From Promethearchaeota archaeon (GTDB lineage: Archaea > Asgardarchaeota > Lokiarchaeia > Sigyniarchaeales > SOKP01), in assembly GCA_016840085.1 (NCBI GenBank), contig JAEOTA010000054.1, positions 96,001-160,000 of the forward strand: 64,000 nt of DNA, given 5' to 3'. The notes below the pieces were generated by a model that saw only the letters and a program-made list of their open reading frames with translations, did not search any database and was not told the DNA's origin. Both the position numbers and the translations under genes were made by a program. Below, one piece after another: positions 51,524 to 60,714 of this stretch (position 1 is the stretch's first letter; each line of letters starts with the position of its first letter).

Positions 51524-52444
51524 ATGCCGCAGAAAACAATTTTATTTGATCTCGCTCATAATGAAATGCTAAATATAGAGGATGCTGAATTTTCCGACTT
51601 TCTAAGTCTTTTGAAAAGAATGGACATTAAGATAAAGAAAACTGAGAATGAGCATCTTAAAAAGAATATGTTAAGTAATGTTGATCTCTTAGTAATTGGC
51701 AATCCAATTGATGATTATTTTTCCAGTATTGAAGTTAAATATATTGTTGATTTTGTTCGAAGTGGAGGGGGATTGCTTCTTTTAAGTGAATATGGCGCGG
51801 ACTACCTTCAAAAAACTAATTTAAATGATATTTCAGGAAAATTTGGGATTCTTTTTGAAAAGAATATAATTAAAGAAAGTACTAGGGAGAATCAAAATAT
51901 TTCTAGCATATTACATATTAATAAATTTTCAAAACATCAAATCACTAAAAATCTAAGAGAAATTGTGGTAGGAGGGGCGTGCTCTCTCCTTTTAAGTAAA
52001 GATGCAAAACCAATATTTCAAATTAATAAACAATATGTGTGGTCAGAAGTTTTTAATAGCAGTACTGAACAATGGATTAAAGATGAGGAAGAGACACAAC
52101 AAATTATAGCAGCATTTACAGAATTTGGGCAAGGAAAGGTATTAGCTATTGGAGATATTGATGTATTTACAACTGATTCTAATATTGGAATTAATTCCTT
52201 GGATAATCAAAAATTTTTGCAAAATGCCATAAATTGGTTAATAGAGCCAGTAAAAGAACAAATGGTGATAAGTTTTTTACTTAATCAATTAGGTGATCTT
52301 CAGTATGAAATCAGAGAAACCAATAAAATATTAAATAACATTATTGAAACGATCACAATATTAGAAAAAAGAATAAGTTATTTAGAGAAAAACTCGAGTT
52401 TTCACAAAAAAAGTTTAAAAAATGAAAAGAATAGCGAAAAGTAA
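51524..52444 (+). CDS. GATase-like DUF4350/GldG/IFT52-type (GIFT) domain protein with C-terminal coiled coil
   Basis: ILFDLAHNE, DLLVIGNP...F...E...I.DFV.SGGGLLL, GQGKVLAIGD.D.F, N..FL.NAINWL; heptad tail. Confidence 0.7.
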   Translation: MPQKTILFDLAHNEMLNIEDAEFSDFLSLLKRMDIKIKKTENEHLKKNMLSNVDLLVIGNPIDDYFSSIEVKYIVDFVRSGGGLLLLSEYGADYLQKTNLNDISGKFGILFEKNIIKESTRENQNISSILHINKFSKHQITKNLREIVVGGACSLLLSKDAKPIFQINKQYVWSEVFNSSTEQWIKDEEETQQIIAAFTEFGQGKVLAIGDIDVFTTDSNIGINSLDNQKFLQNAINWLIEPVKEQMVISFLLNQLGDLQYEIRETNKILNNIIETITILEKRISYLEKNSSFHKKSLKNEKNSEK

Positions 52445-52446
52445 TC

Positions 52447-52980
52447 ATGGGAGAAGTCACTTATAAAATTGTCGTTTTTGGAAATGGTGGAGTAGGGAAA
52501 ACTACTCTACTTCATCGTTATATAACAGGGAAATTCTTTTTAGACACAAAAGTGACGATTGGTTTGGACATTGCGGTGAAATACCTGGAAATAGAAGGTA
52601 TTAAGATTACGCTTCAGATATGGGATTTCGGAGGTGAAGATCGGTTTAGATTCCTTTTACCTAATTATACCCGTGGTGCATTTGGAGGAATTTTCATGTA
52701 TGATACTACACGACCTCATAGTTTACGGAATATTGATGAGTGGTTAGAAATATTTAGAAGAGAACAAATTAAAAAATTTCATGCTCCATTAATATTAGTT
52801 GGAGGAAAGTCAGATCTTATAACAAGGAGATTAATTTCTGAAAAAGAAGCAAAAAAAGTAGCAAAATCCTATAAAATTTCTCATCACTTTGAATGTTCTG
52901 CTAAAACGGGTGAAAATGTAGAATTAATATTTGATACTTTAATAAGAACAATTATGAGAAAAGCAAGTCTCCTTAAATAG
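52447..52980 (+). CDS. Rab-like small GTPase
   Basis: GNGGVGKTT, TIGLDI, IWDFGGEDRF, GKSD, ECSAKTG. Confidence 0.9.
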   Translation: MGEVTYKIVVFGNGGVGKTTLLHRYITGKFFLDTKVTIGLDIAVKYLEIEGIKITLQIWDFGGEDRFRFLLPNYTRGAFGGIFMYDTTRPHSLRNIDEWLEIFRREQIKKFHAPLILVGGKSDLITRRLISEKEAKKVAKSYKISHHFECSAKTGENVELIFDTLIRTIMRKASLLK

Positions 52981-53005
52981 AGTTTTTTGAATATATTTCA
53001 GATAT

Positions 53006-53185
53006 CTATTTTATTTCACTACTATATAGAAGATCTAAATGCTTAATTGCCATTTCTTGCGAAATATGATGATTCTTTAATTTTTCAGAAATAGTAGTTA
53101 GGAGATATCTAGGGGTAAATTTATTAATAGTTATATCAAATAAAAGAGCATAATGATTTTTGCCCCTTACTTCAATTTCATCCAC
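53006..53185 (-). CDS. Possible small protein or gene remnant (59 aa, GTG start)
   Basis: Manual translation VDEIEVRGKNHYALLFDITINKFTPRYLLTTISEKLKNHHISQEMAIKHLDLLYSSEIK*. Confidence 0.3.
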   Translation of the reverse strand: MDEIEVRGKNHYALLFDITINKFTPRYLLTTISEKLKNHHISQEMAIKHLDLLYSSEIK

Positions 53186-53356
53186 ACAATTTATCTATAT
53201 ATTTCTACTGTAAAAAAAACCTTTTTCGAGTCAATATGACTCAAGTATTTATCTTTAAAATGTTAGATCTTAATTTGTATTAAGACTATTTTTAATAATT
53301 ATGAGAACTTTACTTTTTTATTAACTTAATTTGAAAAGATTTAGGTATTTAAAAAA

Positions 53357-54802
53357 ATGCCATTAAAAACGCCGGAAGAATATTTAGAGAGTATTAAAAG
53401 ACCTGTAAACTTATACATGTTTGGTGAAAAAGTAAAAGAGTTTTGGAATCACCCAATTATCAAACCTTCGATAAATACTGTTATGAAAATTTATGAATTA
53501 GCACAATTGGATGAATATAAGGACCTCATGACAGCAAAATCACATTTAACTGGTGAAACAATTAATCGATTCACTCACATTCATCAATCTATAGATGATT
53601 TAATTAAAAAAGTACAAATGCAAAGATTACTTGGACAAAAAACTGCGTGTTGTTTTCAGAGATGTGTTGGTTTTGATACCGCTAATGCGTTATACAGTGT
53701 AACTTCCGAAATGGATAAAAAATATGGAACAGATTATCATAACCGATTCAAAAATTATTGGATTGAAGTACAAAATCAAGATTTAATGGTTGATGGGGCC
53801 ATGACAGATACAAAAGGAGATCGAAGTAAAAGACCTAACCAACAATCAGATCTAGATGCATATTTGCATATTGTGGAAGAGAATGATGAGGGTATTGTCG
53901 TTCGAGGCGCAAAAGTCCATCAGACTGGATTTTTAAACTCTCATAGAGCCATTATTATGCCTACTCTTACTATACGTCCTGGAGAAGAAGAATACGCTGT
54001 TAGTTTCGGAATAGATACTAATGCTAAAGGAATCACTTTAGTATATGGAAGGCAATCATGTGATACTAGAAAAATGGAAAAAGGAAAATTAGATATTGGT
54101 AACTTTAAGTATGGAGGTCAAGAGATATTTGTAATCTTTGATAATGTGTTTGTTCCAAAAGATCAAATCTTTATGAAGGGTGAAATTGAATTTTCAGGAG
54201 AATTAGTCAACAGATTTGCTGGTTTTCATAGACAATCATATGGCGGGTGTAAAGTGGGAGTTGGAGATGTGCTCATTGGGGCAGCAGCTTTAATTTCAGA
54301 ATATAATGGGACAGAAAGAGCGTCTCACATTCGTGATAAACTTGTTGAGATGGTTCATTTAAACGAGACACTATATAGTTGTGGAATTGCATGTAGTTCT
54401 TTGGGTTTTCAAAGAGAAGCTGGAAATTATGAAATGGATATGCTACTTGCAAATGTTTGTAAGCAAAATGTTACTCGATTTCCCTATGAAATAGGGAGAT
54501 TAGCTGAAGATCTCGCCGGGGGATTAATATGTACACTTCCTTCTGAAGCAGATTTCAAATCTGAGGAAATTGGTCACTTAATAAGCAAATATCTTTCCAC
54601 ATGTGAAGGAATAGGACCTGATGATCGTTATAAAGTTCTGCGCTTTATTGAAAATTTGACGATGGGCGTTGCTTCAGTAAGCTATCGGACGGAATCAATG
54701 CATGGAGCAGGAAGCCCTATGACGCAGAGAATTATGATTTCACGTCAAGCCAATCTGGAAGAAAAGAAGAAGCATGTAAAAAATATTCTTGATATTGATT
54801 AA
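53357..54802 (+). CDS. abfD: 4-hydroxybutyryl-CoA dehydratase (HpaB/AbfD family)
   Basis: CFQRCVG, AMTDTKGDRS, GAKVHQTG, HRQSYGGCK, ESMHGAGSP. Confidence 0.88.
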   Translation: MPLKTPEEYLESIKRPVNLYMFGEKVKEFWNHPIIKPSINTVMKIYELAQLDEYKDLMTAKSHLTGETINRFTHIHQSIDDLIKKVQMQRLLGQKTACCFQRCVGFDTANALYSVTSEMDKKYGTDYHNRFKNYWIEVQNQDLMVDGAMTDTKGDRSKRPNQQSDLDAYLHIVEENDEGIVVRGAKVHQTGFLNSHRAIIMPTLTIRPGEEEYAVSFGIDTNAKGITLVYGRQSCDTRKMEKGKLDIGNFKYGGQEIFVIFDNVFVPKDQIFMKGEIEFSGELVNRFAGFHRQSYGGCKVGVGDVLIGAAALISEYNGTERASHIRDKLVEMVHLNETLYSCGIACSSLGFQREAGNYEMDMLLANVCKQNVTRFPYEIGRLAEDLAGGLICTLPSEADFKSEEIGHLISKYLSTCEGIGPDDRYKVLRFIENLTMGVASVSYRTESMHGAGSPMTQRIMISRQANLEEKKKHVKNILDID

Positions 54803-54887
54803 ATTGTAAATGTTATAAGAAAATTTTAAACGTACTATAATTTTAATCCAATTAAATAAATAATTCCATTTTCTAAATTGGTAAAAC

Positions 54888-56270
54888 ATGAGTGAGAAAT
54901 CATTTGATGAGATATTTTCTGTTTTTGAAGAGGTTTGCAACAGCTATAAAAGGAGTAATCAATATTTTGACATTCTTTTTGATTCAGAATCATCTGCTCT
55001 TATTACAAAATCACGTACATCAGAAAATATTGTTGTGAATGCAAAGAAATCGGGAATAGTTGCTAGAACATTTACAGGCATATGGAAAGAAATAACTTTA
55101 ACTGAATTTTCAGGCATAAAAAAAATCGAAGAAAAATTGCCTAGAGTTGCAAATATGGGTAAAAATCTTATGGAATTTGAAGGATGGAGTTTAAATGAAG
55201 AAATAAAGCCAAAAATTAATCCACTTGAAGTTCCAATTGATGAAAAAATCAAAAAAGTTAGAGATATTTATGACTATATGATGAAAACTGATGACCGAAT
55301 AATTAATACGGAAGTTAAATACATGGAACAATTTACGGAACGAATTTTTTTTAATAATGAAGGATGTCAATTAAGGCAAGTCATCCCTAGATCAAAACTC
55401 TTTATTATTCCTGTAGCAAAAGAAGGAATTGTAGCAGACTATGATTATTACATTGATACTGGTGAAATTGGCTTTGAAATCTTTGATAAGATTGATAATG
55501 ACACATTAGATAAAACTGCTGAAAAATCTTTGGAGCTGCTCCAAGCAGTATTAGCACCTTCTGGAAAATATCCTGTCATTTTAGACCCTGGTATGACTGG
55601 AATAGTCGCACATGAAAGTTTTGGACATGGTCTTGAAGCAGATCAAGTTATGCGGGATAGAAGTTATTTGAAAGCGAAACTTAATCAACAAGTTGCATCT
55701 GAAATTTGTACAATCTGTGATTCACCTACAATTGATAATGCTTTTGGGACTTACTTTTTTGATGATGAGGGGATCAAAGCAAGTAAAAATCTATTGGTTA
55801 AAGATGGGATATTAAAAGATTTCATATATGATAGAAGAACTGCTTCTGCGTTAAATGCCATCCCAAAAGGTAATGGGAGAAGGGAAAGTTTTGCTCATCC
55901 TGTTCACCCAAGAATGACAAATACTTATTTTGAACCTGGTGATTATTCCCTAGAAGAAATGATTAAAGGAATCAAGTATGGTGTGTTTTTGGTTCATGAA
56001 TATTTCGGTATGGAAGATCCACTTGGAGGAGGGATGCAAAACACTTCTAAGAAAGGCTATTTAATTGAGAATGGAGAAAAAACCAAGATATTAAAGGCGG
56101 TAACACTAAGTGGTCATGTATTGGAGACATTACCCAAAATTGATGCAATTAGTAGGGGACCAATTGAAATAAATGGAGGGACATGTGGCAAAGGTGATGA
56201 AGATAATGTTCCTGTAGGGAGCGGAGGTACTTACGTTCGAATTAAAGAAGCATTAATTAGTCCAGGGTGA
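54888..56270 (+). CDS. tldD: TldD family metalloprotease subunit
   Basis: AHESFGHGLEAD, FFDDEG, PRMTNT, GTCGKG...VPVGSGG. Confidence 0.9.
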   Translation: MSEKSFDEIFSVFEEVCNSYKRSNQYFDILFDSESSALITKSRTSENIVVNAKKSGIVARTFTGIWKEITLTEFSGIKKIEEKLPRVANMGKNLMEFEGWSLNEEIKPKINPLEVPIDEKIKKVRDIYDYMMKTDDRIINTEVKYMEQFTERIFFNNEGCQLRQVIPRSKLFIIPVAKEGIVADYDYYIDTGEIGFEIFDKIDNDTLDKTAEKSLELLQAVLAPSGKYPVILDPGMTGIVAHESFGHGLEADQVMRDRSYLKAKLNQQVASEICTICDSPTIDNAFGTYFFDDEGIKASKNLLVKDGILKDFIYDRRTASALNAIPKGNGRRESFAHPVHPRMTNTYFEPGDYSLEEMIKGIKYGVFLVHEYFGMEDPLGGGMQNTSKKGYLIENGEKTKILKAVTLSGHVLETLPKIDAISRGPIEINGGTCGKGDEDNVPVGSGGTYVRIKEALISPG

Positions 56271-57607
56271 TATTAAAGATGACAAATGAAAAATTTGATT
56301 TAATTGAAGAAACTCTTAAAGCGAAAAATATTGAGGAATATGAAATTTATTTCATTGAAAAAGAATTCTATGAAACAATGTTCTTAAAAAGTGAACCAGA
56401 AGTAGAAAGAGAAATAGAAGATTTTGAGTATTTTATCCGAATCCTTACTCAAAAAGGAGATCAAACGGGAGTAGGTGTTGTTAAAGGAAATTCTATGGAT
56501 TCTAAAGAATTAGGAAAAAATATAGATACTTGCGTTTTGCTTTCTAAGAATAATATTACTTCAAAATATCGGTTTCCAGAAAAGAGACCAATTTCAAAAA
56601 TTACTACAGCTGACAACGCTATATTGAAAGATCCGATTGGTATAAAAAATGATCTATGTGAAGAGCTAATAAGCCTAGTTAAAGAACAAAAAGGAGTAGT
56701 TCCAACTTTTGGTCGGTTAAGGTTACATATTAAAAATAGCTTGTTAAGAAATAGTAATGAAGTAAATCTTGATTCCACAAAAACATTCTTGTATGTAGAA
56801 TATTCCTTAAAGGCACAAAGAAATGGGAAATTATCTGAATATTGGAACACAGAATATTTCAAAGAAAAAGAACATTTAAATTTTAAGAAAAGAGTGGTTG
56901 AATGGGCAAAAATTGCAAAAGATACTTTAATAGCAGAACCACCTAAACCTAATAAGGAAGCAATTGTTATATTTACACCTCATGTTTTAAAGGAAGCAAT
57001 TATTCCCGTGATTGGATTTCATGCTTCAGGACAGTCTTTTAGCGAGGAGACTTCTGCTTACAATATAAATAATGAGGTGGCTTCTAAAGAAATCACAATT
57101 ATAGATGATGGACTCCTTGAAGGCGGATTAAGCTCTAACCCATGGGATGGTGAAGGAAATCCTCATCAGAAAACAGTAGTGATCAAAAATGGTATCTTCC
57201 AAAAACGATTGTATGATCAAAAATATGCTAAAATAAACGGTGAAGATTCAACTGGAAACGGGATAAGAAGCAATTTTGGTGGAATTAATAATGGGATTAG
57301 CAATTTCCAAATTATTCCTGGAACCACATCTTTAGATGATATGATTTCAGATATAAAAGAAGGTTATTATATAGAGAAATTTTCATGGTTGAACCCTGAA
57401 GAATTATCAGGATATTTCGGCGCAGAAATAAGAAATGGCTATTATATTAAAAATGGTGAATTTCAGAATCCAATAAAACTTGGAAATGTGAGTGGTAATG
57501 TTTTAGAAATGATGAAAAATTGTCTACATATTTCAAAAGAAACAGAATTTTCAGAGAATTCTCTCTTTCCATATATGTGTTTCTCTAATTTAACCGTGTC
57601 ATTTTAA
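56267..57607 (+). CDS. pmbA: PmbA/TldE family subunit
   Basis: IDDG..PWDGEG, STGNG, no HExxH; overlaps tldD (GTGA). Confidence 0.85.
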   Translation: MILKMTNEKFDLIEETLKAKNIEEYEIYFIEKEFYETMFLKSEPEVEREIEDFEYFIRILTQKGDQTGVGVVKGNSMDSKELGKNIDTCVLLSKNNITSKYRFPEKRPISKITTADNAILKDPIGIKNDLCEELISLVKEQKGVVPTFGRLRLHIKNSLLRNSNEVNLDSTKTFLYVEYSLKAQRNGKLSEYWNTEYFKEKEHLNFKKRVVEWAKIAKDTLIAEPPKPNKEAIVIFTPHVLKEAIIPVIGFHASGQSFSEETSAYNINNEVASKEITIIDDGLLEGGLSSNPWDGEGNPHQKTVVIKNGIFQKRLYDQKYAKINGEDSTGNGIRSNFGGINNGISNFQIIPGTTSLDDMISDIKEGYYIEKFSWLNPEELSGYFGAEIRNGYYIKNGEFQNPIKLGNVSGNVLEMMKNCLHISKETEFSENSLFPYMCFSNLTVSF

Positions 57608-57659
57608 AATTAATATTAATCTTTTTTATTTAAGACCTTAAAAAAAAGTAGAATAAGAA

Positions 57660-58889
57660 TTAATTATCTTTTTCAATCTCAACTTTAATTAAGTTGTAAT
57701 TTCTTGTTCCTAAGCCTATTTCTTCAGCTGCTTTTAATTGTGTTTCCCAGTGTTTTGATTCTTTTCCATCTTGATTAAAATTCATCTCTCTGGACTGAGG
57801 ATCATAACGAGGGATGTGTGAAAACCATTCAAAAGGTCCTTGCATTGGTATATTTTTTACTTCCGAAAGAATTGAATGAGGGTTAATTGAAGATTTATGT
57901 ATAAGATCTACGGTAGCTTGATCCAAGGCAACGGGATCTAAGGACGCTAAAACCCCAATATCTGGAACAAACGGGATGTCAGAACCTCCTGTACAATCAC
58001 ATTGATAGGTTATATCTATAGCAAAATTAATGTAAAAAATCTTATCTTTTCCGAAATAATCTACTACTCCCTTGGCGTTGTCAACCATCTGAGTAATAAA
58101 TTCAACACGCGGAACGTGACCTATATTAATTACTTCATCTTTACATACAGAAGCACACATATAACAAAATTTACACAATTCTTCGTTAAAACTTAATTTA
58201 TTGTCATCATCTTTGGTCAAAGCATGTGTAGGACATATATTAATACAATTCTTGCATTCAAGATTACAAGAATCAAAATTAAACTCGAAAGTTTTCCCTG
58301 TATGTGCTTCAACCTTACCTCCCTTAGAAACACATCCGATTCCAAGATTTTTTATTGAACCTCCGAAACCGGCACTTGCATGTCCTTTAAAATGAGTTGC
58401 CATAATCATATAATCAAATTTTCTTAAGCGTCCTGCTACTAACACTTCATTAAAACGTTTCCCATTAATCTTCTGAATTTCAATATCAGTTCCATCCTCC
58501 CCATCTAACATTAAAATTGGTGCTCCCATAGTTTCTTCTGTAAAACCATGAATTAAGGCAGTTTTTAAATATTCAGTTTCAGTTGCTCTACCCGAATATT
58601 CTGTATGAACCCCAGAGACACTTTCTGGTACACCCCATCCACATGATTCTGCTAAAGATGGAACAGCGCCTAAATCTTTAGTATAATCGCATAAAAATCG
58701 TAAATAACTTGGACGGAGATATCGAGTATTCTCTAATGCTCCAAAATGTGTCTTAATTACTATTTTATCGCCACTTTTAATCCTTTGCTCAATTCCAAGC
58801 TTCTTCAATGCTAATGGACCTTTAAATTTACTCATACTTTGCTCATGAGAGTGAGTTCGAGCTGTAAAATAAAATACATCTGATTTCAT
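57660..58889 (-). CDS. DUF362 family Fe-S protein with ferredoxin insert
   Basis: IKTHFG, THFKGH...FGGSIKNLGIGC, two 4Fe-4S-type Cys motifs, CDC...DIGVLASLDPVALD. Confidence 0.88.
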   Translation of the reverse strand: MKSDVFYFTARTHSHEQSMSKFKGPLALKKLGIEQRIKSGDKIVIKTHFGALENTRYLRPSYLRFLCDYTKDLGAVPSLAESCGWGVPESVSGVHTEYSGRATETEYLKTALIHGFTEETMGAPILMLDGEDGTDIEIQKINGKRFNEVLVAGRLRKFDYMIMATHFKGHASAGFGGSIKNLGIGCVSKGGKVEAHTGKTFEFNFDSCNLECKNCINICPTHALTKDDDNKLSFNEELCKFCYMCASVCKDEVINIGHVPRVEFITQMVDNAKGVVDYFGKDKIFYINFAIDITYQCDCTGGSDIPFVPDIGVLASLDPVALDQATVDLIHKSSINPHSILSEVKNIPMQGPFEWFSHIPRYDPQSREMNFNQDGKESKHWETQLKAAEEIGLGTRNYNLIKVEIEKDN

Positions 58890-59045
58890 TTCTTTTCACT
58901 AATTAAAACTTCTCTATAATTCATGTAAATAATTAGGGTTTATAATTTAAGGCAAAAAATATTTTAACACTAATTAATTCTATTAATATAATAAATAAAT
59001 ACAATAATAACTCAGAAAAAAAAAGAAAAATAGGACGGTATTTTA

Positions 59046-59304
59046 ATGGCCCGCTGTCCAGAAAGTTTTTTTGTATACACAAATTAACATGGATTGCGGA
59101 GGGTTTATGAAATACCATTCAGCTATAAAACAAGTCGTCTGCCAATCATGTGGACTTTCTTTAACGAGGCATGAATTAGATCGTTATTGGAAAAAGGTGA
59201 GGAATGAAAATATTTCGGAGGTAGATGATACGCAGCAAAAGAAAAATCGACGTAAAGAATGGCTTGAATGGTATTCTTCTTCCAAATCTGATAAAGAATA
59301 TTAA
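59046..59304 (+). CDS. Small Zn-ribbon protein split by a 31-nt intron: join(59046..59063,59095..59304), 75 aa spliced
   Basis: Spliced product MARCPECGGFMKYHSAIKQVVCQSCGLSLTRHELDRYWKKVRNENISEVDDTQQKKNRRKEWLEWYSSSKSDKEY with complete CxxC...CxxC. Unspliced frame stops at TAA 59085. Confidence 0.85.
59064..59094 (+). other. BHB-type (hBHBh') micro-intron, 31 nt
   Basis: Exon helix CUGU/GCGG (extended by CCC/GGG), central helix CCAG/AUGG (one G-A), bulges AA^A and AU^U, intron hairpin GUU..UUUGU-AUAC-ACAAA..AAC. Confidence 0.83.
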
Positions 59305-59378
59305 AAGTAGAAATTATAAAGAAATTCTACATAAAAAGAGAATTCTATTTAGAATAAGAAAAATTGAGTTATAATCTA

Positions 59379-60590
59379 TTAATTACCAAGCATTCTTTCA
59401 ATAATATCTTCTAATAATTCTGCTAATTTTTTTGCGGGAATATCTAATAAAGTAATTTCTAGATGCCTTCCTCGAGTAGCATCTTCAATTCTCACCGTTT
59501 TTGAAGCAATAATTTTAAGTTGGTTAAGTTGGCGTATATATTTTCTGAAACTCATTTTTACATGCGGTTCTACTAAATAACTCTCACATATTACCTTATA
59601 TTCTTCGTACGCATCATCAACAAGAGTAAAAGGTGTATCGGAGTTTATCAATGATCTCGTAATTCCATACAAAGCTAACAGCTCTTGATCTTTTAATTCG
59701 TCAATTATATCATTTCTAAATGTAGGATATACATCATCTGAAGCTTCTCTAATTATATCAGCTGTAATTAAGTTCAATTCTTCTTTATCGCAATATGACC
59801 CACTTTTTCTTAATATTTCAATTCCATGTCTCATGTTTTTATGGTCCACAACTATCTGAGAAACCATAGTTAATAGTTCTTCATCAATAACATATTCTTT
59901 AAGTGCTAATTCGCTGCGGTATTTTAAAATTTGCATTGCTTCATCAAATTCATAGGGTTCAAGTTTAATTCTCTCGTTCAATCTGCTTAAAATTCTTTCA
60001 TTTTCAATCCGCATCCAATCTTTACTTCTACAAATTAATAGCAATGATAATTTTGCGTTTTGATGTCCAAAAGTTTCTGCAATGTCAAGAAATGCTAAAA
60101 CATCATCAGGATTTAAAAGATGAATCTCATCTATTATCAATAACATATAACCTTGTTCCCGAATTAGTTGGGAGAGAATTAACTTTAAGGCTTCGTCGTC
60201 GCTAAAGCCTCTACCGCTTCCATGCTGATATTTAGCGAGAAGCTCTCTGATTATCTTACTTTTAGAACGAAAATTGATACAATTATAATATTCAATGAAG
60301 AGATTTACATCTTTTTCAGTTGCAATTGTTCTAAAATTTTTGCCGAAATATCTCGCAGTGCAAGTTTTTCCAACACCGCCTTTTCCCAAGATAAGACAAT
60401 TTATAGAAGGCTGCTCTTCTTCTTCCAAAATTCTCCTATAATTAAAAATTAATGTTTTTAGAGCGTCATCTCGACAATATAACTTGTCCGGCACCCAACT
60501 TAAATCAAGAGTTCCAGACATTCGAAAAACTGATTTTTTCCCAAATTCCTTTCTAAAAGCATCCTCGTCCATAATAAATCGAGTAAGCAA
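59379..60590 (-). CDS. cdc6: Orc1/Cdc6 family replication initiator
   Basis: WVPDKLYCRD, GKGGVGKT (Walker A), IIDEIH (Walker B), ILSRL, C-terminal wHTH. Confidence 0.9.
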   Translation of the reverse strand: MLTRFIMDEDAFRKEFGKKSVFRMSGTLDLSWVPDKLYCRDDALKTLIFNYRRILEEEEQPSINCLILGKGGVGKTCTARYFGKNFRTIATEKDVNLFIEYYNCINFRSKSKIIRELLAKYQHGSGRGFSDDEALKLILSQLIREQGYMLLIIDEIHLLNPDDVLAFLDIAETFGHQNAKLSLLLICRSKDWMRIENERILSRLNERIKLEPYEFDEAMQILKYRSELALKEYVIDEELLTMVSQIVVDHKNMRHGIEILRKSGSYCDKEELNLITADIIREASDDVYPTFRNDIIDELKDQELLALYGITRSLINSDTPFTLVDDAYEEYKVICESYLVEPHVKMSFRKYIRQLNQLKIIASKTVRIEDATRGRHLEITLLDIPAKKLAELLEDIIERMLGN

Positions 60591-60714
60591 AATATATTTA
60601 TTAATAAATAAGTAATAATGGCACAGATTAGGTAAAAAGTTTATTATACTTATGAATTTATGTTTTTTAACTAATAAAATGATTATGTAATAAATAAAAT
60701 ATATACATTTACAT

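Noticed and set aside
59071-59304. ORF-track 77-aa protein starting at TTG 59071
   Set aside because: The start lies inside the intron and leaves an incomplete zinc knuckle. Splicing from ATG 59046 gives CPECGG.
59305-60714. Replication origin (ORB repeats) beside cdc6
   Set aside because: The flanking intergenic regions are short and AT-rich, with no recognisable ORB/G-string repeats.
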